Source: Pseudomonadota bacterium
GTDB taxonomy: Bacteria > Myxococcota > JACRCW01 > JAFGSX01
Assembly: GCA_043821645.1 (NCBI GenBank)
Contig: JBDRCO010000044.1
Coordinates: 23,692 to 87,691, forward strand
Direction: 5' to 3'
Length of the DNA: 64,000 bases
Shown here one piece after another: positions 1 to 9,074 of the stretch (positions within the stretch are counted from its first letter, which is position 1; each line of letters opens with the position of its first letter). Under the pieces are notes generated by a model. It ran no database searches. It was given only the letters and a program-made list of their open reading frames with translations, and was not told the origin of the DNA. Made by a program: the position numbers and the translations under genes.

Positions 1-2
1 TT

Positions 3-893
3 ATGAACTTTCCGGGCGAGCCCGATGCGGTTCCCTTCGACGACACCGAGGTGCTCGGCGACAGCAGTCTGCTGCTGACCGTGCTGCAGCATCGCATCGT
101 CGACGAGGTGTACATGGCCGGACGCCTGGCCTACCAGGCCAGGCCCATGCAGGCGGCGGTGAGCGTGTGCGAGGAGGTCGGCATCCCATTCGCGATGCCC
201 CTGCACAGCCTGCGCTTCGAGCGCGCCACTTTGCTGTCGAATTCGACCCGGCGTGACGGCTACCTGCACTACATGACCCAGGAGCCTAAACCCATGCTGT
301 TCGCGATCAAGCGGCTGATCGACATCGTCGCCTCGTCGCTGGCGCTGGGTCTGCTTTCGCCCCTGCTGGTGCTGGTGGCGGTGGCCATCCGTCTCGATAG
401 CCGAGGCCCCGTGTTCTTCAGGCAGCGCCGCGTCGGGCTGCACGCGACCCACTTCAACATGCTCAAGTTTCGCTCGATGGTGCAGGACGCCGAGGCTCGC
501 CGCGGTGAGCTGGAGCAGGCCAACGAGCAGAGCGGGCCCGTGTTCAAGATGCGCCACGACCCGCGCGTGACCCGGGTTGGCCGCTTCATTCGCAAGTTCA
601 GCATCGACGAGCTGCCACAGCTGGTGAACATCCTGCGTGGCGACATGACCATCGTCGGCCCGCGGCCCGCGCTGCCCAAGGAAGTGGACCAGTACAAGGC
701 CTGGCAGCGTCGGCGCCTGTCGGTGCGGCCCGGGTTGACCTGCTACTGGCAGATCGGCGGCCGCAACGAGATCAGTTTTGATGAGTGGATGCAGATGGAC
801 CTGCGCTATGTCGACAACTGGAACCTGCGCGTCGACCTGAACATGATCATCCAGACCGTTCCTGTGGCGCTGAGCGGACGCGGCGCCAGCTGA
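3..893 (+). CDS. Polyprenyl-phosphate sugar-1-phosphate (priming) transferase, WcaJ/EpsZ-like; 5' end probably lies upstream of the window
   Basis: Bac_transf motifs KRLIDIV, GPVFFRQRRVG, FNMLKFRSM, DPRVTRVGRFIRKFSIDELPQL, GDMTIVGPRP, RPGLT; TGA at 891-893. Confidence 0.93.
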   Translation: MNFPGEPDAVPFDDTEVLGDSSLLLTVLQHRIVDEVYMAGRLAYQARPMQAAVSVCEEVGIPFAMPLHSLRFERATLLSNSTRRDGYLHYMTQEPKPMLFAIKRLIDIVASSLALGLLSPLLVLVAVAIRLDSRGPVFFRQRRVGLHATHFNMLKFRSMVQDAEARRGELEQANEQSGPVFKMRHDPRVTRVGRFIRKFSIDELPQLVNILRGDMTIVGPRPALPKEVDQYKAWQRRRLSVRPGLTCYWQIGGRNEISFDEWMQMDLRYVDNWNLRVDLNMIIQTVPVALSGRGAS

Positions 894-948
894 CCCGGAG
901 CGGTCCGCTCCACGGTGCGAGCGTACAACAAAGGTGGCGGCGACTCGC

Positions 949-2481
949 ATGGCGGGGCTTCCGGCAGATGAGGGCAGCGCGGTCGCGTCCCGGGAAGTGT
1001 CGCTGGCACTGCGCAACACCCTGCGCCTCGGGCTGTCGCTGGCGGTGACCTTCGGCGTGGCCTTTTTGGTGCGCTTCTGGTTGCCGCGCTACCTGGGCCC
1101 GGACACCTTTGGCCTGGTCTACTTCGCCGAGGAGTTCGCGGCGGCCTTCTTCGTCCTGGGTACCCTGGGCGTCGAGACCTACATCCACAAGGAGGTGTCG
1201 ACGCGGCCCGCGCTGGCCAGCGAATTCTTCGGCACCTTCACCTTGTTCCGCTTGCTGGTGGGCCTGGGCATCCTGGGCGCCATGGCCGTCACCCTGCACG
1301 GCATGGGCAAGAGCGAGATCGAGTGGCGGCTGGTCGCCCTGTTCGCCGCGGGTCAGATCCTGTTCGTCCACAACAGCTCGCTCGGCGCCATGCTGCAGGC
1401 CGTGGGAACGGTCGGCGAGCTGGCCTGGATCAAGGCCGGTGCCAAGGTGCTGTGGGGCGTCGGCATCGTGACCGGCCTGCTCATCGAGCGCAGCTTCGTC
1501 GAGGTGATCGCCATCTCGTTCCTGGTGACCGAGGCCCTGCGCCTGCCGCTGCTTACCCGCGCGGCCCGTCGTCACCTTGGCCTGCGCTTCACGGTGCGAC
1601 GCCAGGCCCTGCGCCTCGTGCTCGCCGCCAGCATGCCCTACTTCATCAACTACGTGGCGTTTCGGATCTACAGCAAGATCGACGTCAGCATGCTGTCCTA
1701 CCTCACCACCGACCGAGAGGTCGGCTGGTACGGGGCTGCCGCCAACGTCACGGCCATCGTGTTCCTGGTGCTGCCGCTGCTCAACGCCGTCATCATCCCG
1801 ATGGGGGCGCGCATCGCCCAGACCTCGGAGGACGCCGCCAGCGCGACCATGCGCGGGACTCTGCGCATGGTGCTCATCCTGACCGTGCCCATGGCCCTGC
1901 TGCTGGCACTCAATGCGTCGACGGTGGTGCCCCTGCTGTTCTCGTCGAGCTACCTGCCTTCGGTGACGGCCATGCAGGTGCTGACGCCGCTGGTGCCCCT
2001 CACCTACGTGTGCTCCATGCTGGGCTCGCACCTGGTGCAGCTCGGGCGCATCTGGAGCGTCACCTCGATCTCGCTGGTGGGTCTGGTGCTCAATCCCGTG
2101 CTCAACGCGCTGCTCATCGTCCCCGTGTGGCGGGCGCTGGGAGACGGCGGAGCCGGCATCGCCGCGGCGTCGACCACCGTGCTGACCGAGCTGGTGGCGG
2201 CTGCCCTGCTGTTCGCTGCTCTCGGCCGCGCGAGCTGGGACCGTGCCCAGAGCCTGTTGTTGCTGAAGCTGGTGCTGGTCAGTGCCCTCCTCGGGGGCGC
2301 CCACCTGTGGCTGCAGCGACTGGGTCTGCTGGCCATCCCCGTCGAGATCGTGCTCTACGTCATGCTGGCGGCCCCCCTGGGGGCCTTGCCGCTGCGCTCG
2401 ATGCTGCAGCGGGTGCGACACGCGCTGCGCCCGCGTGGGTCCACGCCTTCGCCGTCCGACGACCAACCGGAGTCGCCATGA
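949..2481 (+). CDS. wzx: Polysaccharide flippase (Wzx, MOP family); alternative GTG start at 934
   Basis: Many hydrophobic segments; RYLGPDTFG and IYSKIDVSMLSYL...EVGWYGAAA motifs; EPS operon context. Confidence 0.88.
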   Translation: MAGLPADEGSAVASREVSLALRNTLRLGLSLAVTFGVAFLVRFWLPRYLGPDTFGLVYFAEEFAAAFFVLGTLGVETYIHKEVSTRPALASEFFGTFTLFRLLVGLGILGAMAVTLHGMGKSEIEWRLVALFAAGQILFVHNSSLGAMLQAVGTVGELAWIKAGAKVLWGVGIVTGLLIERSFVEVIAISFLVTEALRLPLLTRAARRHLGLRFTVRRQALRLVLAASMPYFINYVAFRIYSKIDVSMLSYLTTDREVGWYGAAANVTAIVFLVLPLLNAVIIPMGARIAQTSEDAASATMRGTLRMVLILTVPMALLLALNASTVVPLLFSSSYLPSVTAMQVLTPLVPLTYVCSMLGSHLVQLGRIWSVTSISLVGLVLNPVLNALLIVPVWRALGDGGAGIAAASTTVLTELVAAALLFAALGRASWDRAQSLLLLKLVLVSALLGGAHLWLQRLGLLAIPVEIVLYVMLAAPLGALPLRSMLQRVRHALRPRGSTPSPSDDQPESP

Positions 2482-3068
2482 AAACTGCCCTCTCCATCCT
2501 GACCCTCGCCCTGCTCGGTGCTGTCCGCTGCGCCCACCCGGCAGCCTCCATCTGGGTCGACGAGCTCCCGGCGCAGGACTCGGCGCCACCGGTCTATCGC
2601 TTCGCGGTGGACGATCAGGTGCTGGTGACGGTGTGGAACCAGCCGCAGCTCTCGGGTCTGCACCGGGTGCGAGCCGACGGCATGATCACCCTGCCACTCA
2701 GCGGTGACGTGGCGGTGCTCGGCCTCACCCCGGAGGGTGCCTCGACCCAGATCGCCCGGGCGCTTGCGGGTCTCGTGGTCGACCCCAAGGTGACCCTGGA
2801 GCTGGCGCAGGCGCGGGCGCCCCAGGTCACGGTGCTGGGGGAGGTGCGAACGCCCGGCCGCTTCGAGCTCCGCGTGGGCGAGGGTGTGCTGGAGCTGCTG
2901 GCCCAGGCCGGCGGACTCACCGAGTTCGCAGCGCGGGATGGTATCTACGTGCTGCGCCGCGAGGGCCAGGTCCCGCGCATCCGCTTCGATTACAGGCAGC
3001 TGGAGACCGGCGAGCCGAGGGCCGTGGGTTTTCTGTTGCGCGACGGTGACGTCATCATCGTGGAGTGA
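2478..3068 (+). CDS. wza: Short OPX polysaccharide export protein (Wza/EpsY-like), 196 aa
   Basis: ATGA overlap with flippase stop; signal peptide; Poly_export motif VRADGMITLPLSGDV..GLT; SLBB motif VLGEVRTPG..LAQAGGLTEFA; ends LRDGDVIIVE with no C-terminal helical domain. Confidence 0.88.
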   Translation: MKTALSILTLALLGAVRCAHPAASIWVDELPAQDSAPPVYRFAVDDQVLVTVWNQPQLSGLHRVRADGMITLPLSGDVAVLGLTPEGASTQIARALAGLVVDPKVTLELAQARAPQVTVLGEVRTPGRFELRVGEGVLELLAQAGGLTEFAARDGIYVLRREGQVPRIRFDYRQLETGEPRAVGFLLRDGDVIIVE

Positions 3069-4294
3069 GGCCGCCGGTGTCCCTGCTTGTCCTCGGTCTG
3101 ACCCTGAACCTGCTCACGGCACCCCCGGACCTGGGTGCGCGCGGCTCGATCGATGGCGAGCTGAGCGCTGGCGCCCTGGCGAGTTCGGGATCCGCGGGGG
3201 CGGCCGCGGGAGCCCAGACCGAGTGGGTGCCTGGCCTCGACCTGGACCTGCGCCTGCGCCGTCAGCACCTGGCCGCCGGCTACCACCCGCGCCTCGTCCT
3301 GCGCTGGCCCCAGGCGGTGGATGGCCGGCCGCTGGTGCTGCACCGTCTCACCCTGCGGTATGACGCCACCCCGGCGCGCCGGGCGCGGGTCAACGCCAGG
3401 TTCTACCTCGACGCGGGAGACACGGCCTACGGACGCAGTCTGTTTGTGTTCGATGGCGCCGCGCTGTCCAGCAGCGTGCCCACCGTCGACGTCCTGAGCT
3501 TCCTCAGCAGCGGCGCAGACGCCAGCCTGCGCTGGCGACTGGATCGACGCCAGGACCTGCTGCTGTCGACCTCGCTGGGCTACAACACGCCCCTGGGCAC
3601 GCCCCCGGTCGCCGGGCTTTTTCCAGAGCAGCTCCGCGGCACCATCGAGGTGGGCTACACCCTGGCCGCGGCGCGCCGCCAGGAACTCGTACTCGACGTG
3701 CAGGGGCGCGGTGTGCAGTTCAGGCCCGGGCCGACCTACCTGGCGCTGCGGCCGACCGCGCAGTGGAAGGCCCTCGTGAATGCACACTGGACCACCACGA
3801 TCGTCGGCGGCGCGCTGCTGGCCCAGCAACAGGGAACGATCGCCTCCACCAACGTCCTGCGCACGCCGCTGATGCCCGTCGCGGAGATCGGCGTCGACGG
3901 GCGTGAGCGCCTGGCACGCCGAGTCCCTGCCCACGTGGACCTGCGCGTCGGGCTCGACGGCTATTTCGATCCCGTGGCCGCCAGCCTGTCGCCCCTGGCC
4001 TCGGCGCGCAGCATGCTCGAGCTGGCGCTGGGACCGCACGCCTTGGCGAGCGCACAGGCATATGTCTATATTCCCCTCGGCAGTGAGGCGGGACTGGTGC
4101 CGGGATGGGGCCGGCGCGATCCACTGCTCGCTGGTGGGGATGTCCGGATCTCGCCCTGGTCGCAGCGCGACCTGCGGCTGGATTGCGGCGTTCGCGGCTT
4201 CGGTCTGTGGACGACGGCAACAGGGCTCATCCTGCAGCGCAGCGAGCTGGTCGGCTTCGTGGGTCTGCGGGCAGGCCTCGACGCGGGAGCGTGA
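3065..4294 (+). CDS. Putative outer-membrane beta-barrel partner of the short OPX (EpsX/Wzp-like)
   Basis: GTGA overlap with OPX; signal peptide; alternating beta-strand pattern ending ELVGFVGLRAGL; same position as epsX in the Myxococcus eps locus. Fold is inferred. Confidence 0.62.
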   Translation: MRPPVSLLVLGLTLNLLTAPPDLGARGSIDGELSAGALASSGSAGAAAGAQTEWVPGLDLDLRLRRQHLAAGYHPRLVLRWPQAVDGRPLVLHRLTLRYDATPARRARVNARFYLDAGDTAYGRSLFVFDGAALSSSVPTVDVLSFLSSGADASLRWRLDRRQDLLLSTSLGYNTPLGTPPVAGLFPEQLRGTIEVGYTLAAARRQELVLDVQGRGVQFRPGPTYLALRPTAQWKALVNAHWTTTIVGGALLAQQQGTIASTNVLRTPLMPVAEIGVDGRERLARRVPAHVDLRVGLDGYFDPVAASLSPLASARSMLELALGPHALASAQAYVYIPLGSEAGLVPGWGRRDPLLAGGDVRISPWSQRDLRLDCGVRGFGLWTTATGLILQRSELVGFVGLRAGLDAGA

Positions 4295-4464
4295 TGGACA
4301 AGCTGGTGCTGCTCAGCGTGATCGGCGCCTCCGTGGCCGTGCCCATGATGGCGGCCCGCCTGGGCGATCCGCGGCGCGCTTTGCGGCTGTGTCTGTTTGC
4401 GTTCGTCGGCTTCAATGCCGTGTACATTGCACTTCTGTTCCTGGTCTTTCCGAGGTTGGTATGA
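4294..4464 (+). CDS. Small 56-aa membrane protein with two hydrophobic segments
   Basis: MDKLVLLSVIGASVAVPMMAARLGDPRRALRLCLFAFVGFNAVYIALLFLVFPRLV; start overlaps upstream stop (TGATG) and stop overlaps downstream start (ATGA). Confidence 0.75.
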   Translation: MDKLVLLSVIGASVAVPMMAARLGDPRRALRLCLFAFVGFNAVYIALLFLVFPRLV

Positions 4465-4913
4465 GCGAACCCAGCGACACGCACCTCCCACTGCGCGCAG
4501 TGGTGGCGGACGACGACGTCGACATCCGCCGGGTGATTGCGATCCAGTTGAAGGAGCTTGGCTACGAGGTGATCGAGGCCGGCAATGGGGACGCCGTGAA
4601 GGCGGCGGTGACCGAGCATCCACCGGACCTCATCTGCCTCGACCTCAACATGCCCCTGGTGAGTGGCTACGCGGTCCTGCGCTGGCTGCGCGAGGAGCCC
4701 GCATTGACCGAGATCCCGGTGCTCGTGATCACCGCCCGGACCAGTCTCGACGACTACGCCACCTGCCGCGAGTACCAGGCCACGGCCATCGTCGAGAAAC
4801 CCTTTCGCACCAAGGCCCTCAGGGCTGCCGTGCAACGCCTCGTCGGACAGAGCGGTGCTGCAGCCGCCACAGCGCCGCGTTCCCGCTCGGGCGATTCCGG
4901 GGAGAAACCATGA
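4461..4913 (+). CDS. Single-domain response regulator (EpsW-like position)
   Basis: Receiver motifs VADDD, LICLDLNMP (phosphoacceptor Asp), VITA, EKPF; no output domain. Confidence 0.9.
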   Translation: MSEPSDTHLPLRAVVADDDVDIRRVIAIQLKELGYEVIEAGNGDAVKAAVTEHPPDLICLDLNMPLVSGYAVLRWLREEPALTEIPVLVITARTSLDDYATCREYQATAIVEKPFRTKALRAAVQRLVGQSGAAAATAPRSRSGDSGEKP

Positions 4914-6346
4914 GCATGGGCGGGTCGGGTGTCCCGCGCGGCGCCTACGAGACCGCGAGTCCCCTCGACGGCTTGACCACGACGTGGAAACTTGTGCGCG
5001 GAGCCCTGCGACGCCACTGGGGCCTCGCCCTGTTCTGTTTCACCACCACCCTCGGTCTGGCGATCGTGGCGCTGGCGCTGGTGCCGCGGCAGTACCTGGT
5101 CGAGGCACGTCTGCTGACCAATCCCGGCTACCTGATCCCGAGCCTGGCGCACCCGCAGCGTTCGGTGCCGCGTGAGTCGCAGTCAGCCACGCGCGGCGTC
5201 ACCGAGCAGATCAAGGCACGGGACAGCCTGCTCGCGCTGGTCGACGCGAGCGAGCTGCCGCGACGCTGGCGCGAGACCCGGATCCCGGTGGGCCGGGTGC
5301 TGGACAACCTGCGCGAGTTCGTCGTCGGGCCCTTGAGTCCCGAGGACGAGCGCGAGGCCCTGGTCAACATGCTGGACCGGCGGATGTGGGCCACCATCGA
5401 CAAGGACAGCATCGTGATCAGCGTGCGCTGGCACGATCCGGAAACGACCCGGCTGCTGGTCGAGACCGAGGTCCAGCAGTTCCTCGAAACGCGAAAGCAG
5501 CGCGAGCTCGGCGAGATCAACGACACCATCGCCCTCCTCGAGCGCAGCGTCGAGGATGCCGCCCCGAGTCTGGCTGCGGCGACCGCCGAGCTGGAGAGCG
5601 CCATTGCCAAGGCGGATCGCAGCGGGCGCCAGGTCCGCATCCCCGTGCGGCCGCGGGTTCGCAACGAGAATTCCGACGAGTCACAGCGCGATCGCACAGC
5701 GCTCGAGCAGGAGCTGGCCGGGAAACGCCGTGCCATCCAGACCCTCGAGGCGAGGTACCAGGCAGCCCTGCAGCGCGGGCAGGCCGATCTGCAGGTCATG
5801 CAGACGACGCTGGGGCCACAGCATCCAGATGTGGCAGAGGCCGTGCGCGGGGTCGAGCGCCTCTCCATCCCGCCCCAGGAGCTGACCGCCCTGCGCACCG
5901 ACGAGGTCAACCTCATCCAGCGTCTGAAGAGTCTGGATGGTTCATCTCGCCAACCTGCCCCGGAGCCCGAAACGCCTCCTCTCGAGACCGCGGCCCCGGT
6001 CAATGCGGCCACCGATCCCGCCATCGAGCGTGCCACGTATAACTACCGCCAGGCTGAGGACACGATGTCGGACCTCAGCCGCCGCGTTGCCAATGCGCGC
6101 ATGGAGCTGGCCTCTGCCCAGGCGGCTTTCAGCTACCGCTACATCGTGACGCAGCCACCCATCTTGCCGCGACTCTCGGTCAGCCCCAGCCCGGTCAAGT
6201 TCATCGCCGGTGGAACCCTCGCCGGGCTGTTCTTGGCCTTGCTGTTCGCGTTGCTGGCGGAGTTCCGCGCGGGTCGCGTGGTGGAGGCCTGGCAGCTCGA
6301 GCGCGTGCTCGATGTGCGGGTGCTGGGGGAATTCGAGGAGCCGTGA
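4910..6346 (+). CDS. wzc: Polysaccharide co-polymerase (Wzc/EpsV-like) without a fused tyrosine kinase domain
   Basis: N-terminal TM (RRHWGLALFC...PRQYLVEARLL), long coiled-coil region with LGPQHPDV, Pro-rich motif then C-terminal TM; no Walker A. Confidence 0.82.
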   Translation: MSMGGSGVPRGAYETASPLDGLTTTWKLVRGALRRHWGLALFCFTTTLGLAIVALALVPRQYLVEARLLTNPGYLIPSLAHPQRSVPRESQSATRGVTEQIKARDSLLALVDASELPRRWRETRIPVGRVLDNLREFVVGPLSPEDEREALVNMLDRRMWATIDKDSIVISVRWHDPETTRLLVETEVQQFLETRKQRELGEINDTIALLERSVEDAAPSLAAATAELESAIAKADRSGRQVRIPVRPRVRNENSDESQRDRTALEQELAGKRRAIQTLEARYQAALQRGQADLQVMQTTLGPQHPDVAEAVRGVERLSIPPQELTALRTDEVNLIQRLKSLDGSSRQPAPEPETPPLETAAPVNAATDPAIERATYNYRQAEDTMSDLSRRVANARMELASAQAAFSYRYIVTQPPILPRLSVSPSPVKFIAGGTLAGLFLALLFALLAEFRAGRVVEAWQLERVLDVRVLGEFEEP

Positions 6347-7851
6347 TGGCGGCCGAGCCCACTCCGTGGAGCCTGCGTCTGCTTGCGGCCGGCACCATCC
6401 TCGCGTCGGTGGCCCTGCTCATCCTCAGCGACGGGAACCTCCTGGCCGCGCTGATGCCCTCGCTGGTGCTTGCGCTGGGCGTGACCTTGCTGCGACTGCC
6501 CTTTCCGACCGTGGCCGCGGCCGCGGTGCTGGTGGCCCTGCTCGTCGACGACGTGCGGGCGCGACCGTACATGGGCCTGTGGGAGTCCCCGCTGTTTGCG
6601 CCGGGGCGCTTCGTGTACGACGCCCTTGACAAGATCACGGGTGTCCCCGGACTCAAGGTCTTTGGCGTCGAACTCATGTTCCTGGTGCTGCTGGCCCTGC
6701 TGCTGCTGACCCTGCTGGGTTCGCGGCAGGCGCTCCCTGCGCCGCCCCGGGTCTTCGCGCGCGCGGCGCTGATCGCGGTGGCGGCGGTGCTGCTGCTCGA
6801 GCTGTGGGGGCTCGTGCGCGGAGGCAACCTGCGCTACTCGATGCTGCAGATGCGCCCCATGCTGCTCACCGGGCTGGGGAGCCTCATCCTGGGGTATGCC
6901 GCGCCGCAGGCCAGGAACGCACGCCTGCTGCTGGCCGTCGTCGTCATCGCGGCGGTCGTGCGCTCCCTGGTCGGGCTCTACTTCTGGAGCGTGGTGGTGG
7001 GTGGTGCCGACCCCGAGGCACTGGAGATGGGAGGCGGGCGTTACCTGATGACCCACGCCGACACCGTGCTGCTGGTGGTGGCCCTGCTCATCTGCCTGAG
7101 CACGCTGGTGGCCTGGCCCACCCGCGCCGCCCTGCTGCTCAATGTCGCGGTGACGCCGCTGCTGAGCCTGGTGCTGGTGCTGAACAACCGGCGCCTGGCC
7201 TTCGTGAGCCTGGGCCTGAGCCTGCTGGTGATGTACGCGCTGCTCCAGGGCCCGCTGCGCCGTCGTGTGAACCAGCTGGCGCTGGCGCTGGTGCCCATCG
7301 CCGCGCTGTATCTAGTGGCGGGCTGGAACGCCCAGGGACTGTGGGCCAAGCCTGTGATCAGCGTGCGCTCACTGCTCTCGGGCGAGGATGCCTCGGCCAG
7401 CATGCGAACCATCGAGAACTACAACCTGGTGCACACCGCGCGCAAGAACCCTGTTCTCGGCTCGGGCTTCGGCCACGAGTATGACGAGGTGTCGCAGGCC
7501 TTCTCCATCGAGACCTATCTCGAGGCGTACCGCTACATGCCGCACAACAGCTTGCTGTGGCTGGTCAGCGTCGGCGGAGTGGTGGGCTTCAGCATGTTCT
7601 GGTGGCTGCTGGTGGTGGGAGTGTTTCTGGCTGCCCTGGTGCAGCGGCACGCTCGCACGGCGCTGGATCTGGTGGTCGCGCAGTCCGGCATTGCCGCCAT
7701 CATCACCTACGGCATCCAGTGTTTCGGGGACATGGGGATGCAGAGCTGGCTCAGCATCGTGGTGCTGATTACCTTGCTCGGTCTGGTGGCCAGCCGCGCC
7801 ACAGCCCTCGAGGTGTGGCCCGAGCCGCACCCAGGGCGGAGAGGCGCATGA
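6346..7851 (+). CDS. wzy: Polysaccharide polymerase / O-antigen ligase family (Wzy-like); alternative GTG start at 6343
   Basis: Multi-TM protein; Wzy_C-like motifs R..ENYN, NPVLGSGFG, PHNSLL; RBS GAGGAG. Confidence 0.75.
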   Translation: MAAEPTPWSLRLLAAGTILASVALLILSDGNLLAALMPSLVLALGVTLLRLPFPTVAAAAVLVALLVDDVRARPYMGLWESPLFAPGRFVYDALDKITGVPGLKVFGVELMFLVLLALLLLTLLGSRQALPAPPRVFARAALIAVAAVLLLELWGLVRGGNLRYSMLQMRPMLLTGLGSLILGYAAPQARNARLLLAVVVIAAVVRSLVGLYFWSVVVGGADPEALEMGGGRYLMTHADTVLLVVALLICLSTLVAWPTRAALLLNVAVTPLLSLVLVLNNRRLAFVSLGLSLLVMYALLQGPLRRRVNQLALALVPIAALYLVAGWNAQGLWAKPVISVRSLLSGEDASASMRTIENYNLVHTARKNPVLGSGFGHEYDEVSQAFSIETYLEAYRYMPHNSLLWLVSVGGVVGFSMFWWLLVVGVFLAALVQRHARTALDLVVAQSGIAAIITYGIQCFGDMGMQSWLSIVVLITLLGLVASRATALEVWPEPHPGRRGA

Positions 7852-9056
7852 GCGTCCTGGTCCTGGCGTCGACAGCGCTGGCCCTGCTTGCCGTCCCGGC
7901 CTGCCTCTACCTGGGCGCGCTCGCCATCCTGGCGCGCCGCATGCCGACGGTGGCACGCGCCGACGGTCCGTGCCTCGCGGTGGTGGTGCCCGCGCACGAC
8001 GAGGAGGCCCAGATCGAGGCCACCGTGCGCAGCGTGCTGGCGACGGAGTATCCCCCGGCGCAGCGGCGGGTGCTGGTGGTCGCCGACAACTGCACCGATG
8101 CCACCGCGGCGCGGGCGCAGGCTGCCGGGGCAGAGATCCTGACGCGCGTCGACGCCCAGCATCGGGGCAAGGGCTTCGCCCTGGCGCTTGCCTTCGACCA
8201 GCTGCTCGACGAGGGCTGGGCCGACGCCGTGGTGGTCATCGACGCGGACACGCTGGTGTCCAGCAACCTGCTCGGAGGTTTCGCGGCGCGGCTCCAGCGA
8301 GGCGCGCAGGCGATCCAGGCCGAGTATGGGGTGCGCAACGTCGACGAGAGCTGGCGCACCACCTTGATGACCCTGGCCCTGGCCATGTTTCACCGCACCC
8401 GCTCGCTGGCGCGGGAGCGCCTGGGTCTGTCCTGCGGCCTGCGCGGCAACGGCATGTGCTTCAGCAGCGCGCTGCTGCGTCAGGTTCCACATCGCGCCAG
8501 TGGCCTGGTCGAGGACGTGGAGTACGGCGTGACCCTGGGACTGGCCGATGTGCGCGTGGTCTACGCCGCCGACGTCGAGGTGCGTGGTGAGATGGCGGCG
8601 ACCGGCGACGCAGCACGCAGTCAGCGCCGTCGCTGGGAGGGTGGGCGCCTGGCCTTGCTGCGCCAGACCGTGCCGTCATTGCTGCGAGCGGCGTGGCAGC
8701 GGCGCAGTGCCGTGGCTCTCGACCTGGCGCTGGACCAGCTGGTGCCGCCCCTGGCCAGCCTCAGCCTGCTGGTGATCGGGGGCTGTGGCGTCGAGCTCGG
8801 GTTGTGGTTTGCGCAAGGTCAGCTCTCCTGGGCCGCGGGGCCCTGGGCTCTGGCGGTGCTCGGGCTGGCTCTGTACGGCCTGCGGGGAGTGCAGCACAGC
8901 GGGCTTGGCTGGCGCGCGCTGCAGGCCCTGCTGTATGCGCCCGTGTACATCGCCTGGAAGCTGGGGGTGGTGCGCGTGCTGTCGTCGCGCCGCAGCGAGG
9001 CCTGGGTGCGCACACGTCGGAGTGGCGAGGACGCGAAGCCTCCGCCACCCACCTGA
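7848..9056 (+). CDS. Family 2 glycosyltransferase with flanking TM helices
   Basis: VVPAHDEE, VADNCTD, GKGFAL, IDAD, GNGMC, VED, QRRRW motifs; ATGA overlap. Confidence 0.92.
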   Translation: MSVLVLASTALALLAVPACLYLGALAILARRMPTVARADGPCLAVVVPAHDEEAQIEATVRSVLATEYPPAQRRVLVVADNCTDATAARAQAAGAEILTRVDAQHRGKGFALALAFDQLLDEGWADAVVVIDADTLVSSNLLGGFAARLQRGAQAIQAEYGVRNVDESWRTTLMTLALAMFHRTRSLARERLGLSCGLRGNGMCFSSALLRQVPHRASGLVEDVEYGVTLGLADVRVVYAADVEVRGEMAATGDAARSQRRRWEGGRLALLRQTVPSLLRAAWQRRSAVALDLALDQLVPPLASLSLLVIGGCGVELGLWFAQGQLSWAAGPWALAVLGLALYGLRGVQHSGLGWRALQALLYAPVYIAWKLGVVRVLSSRRSEAWVRTRRSGEDAKPPPPT

Positions 9057-9074
9057 GCCCCGCCGTGGGCAGGT

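Noticed and set aside
1323-4909. Long N-terminal extensions in the ORF track (1323 for OPX, 3903, 4397; similarly 17669, 18583, 28079, 38570, 48661)
   Set aside because: They overlap upstream genes; shorter starts are supported by stop/start overlaps, RBS and domain boundaries
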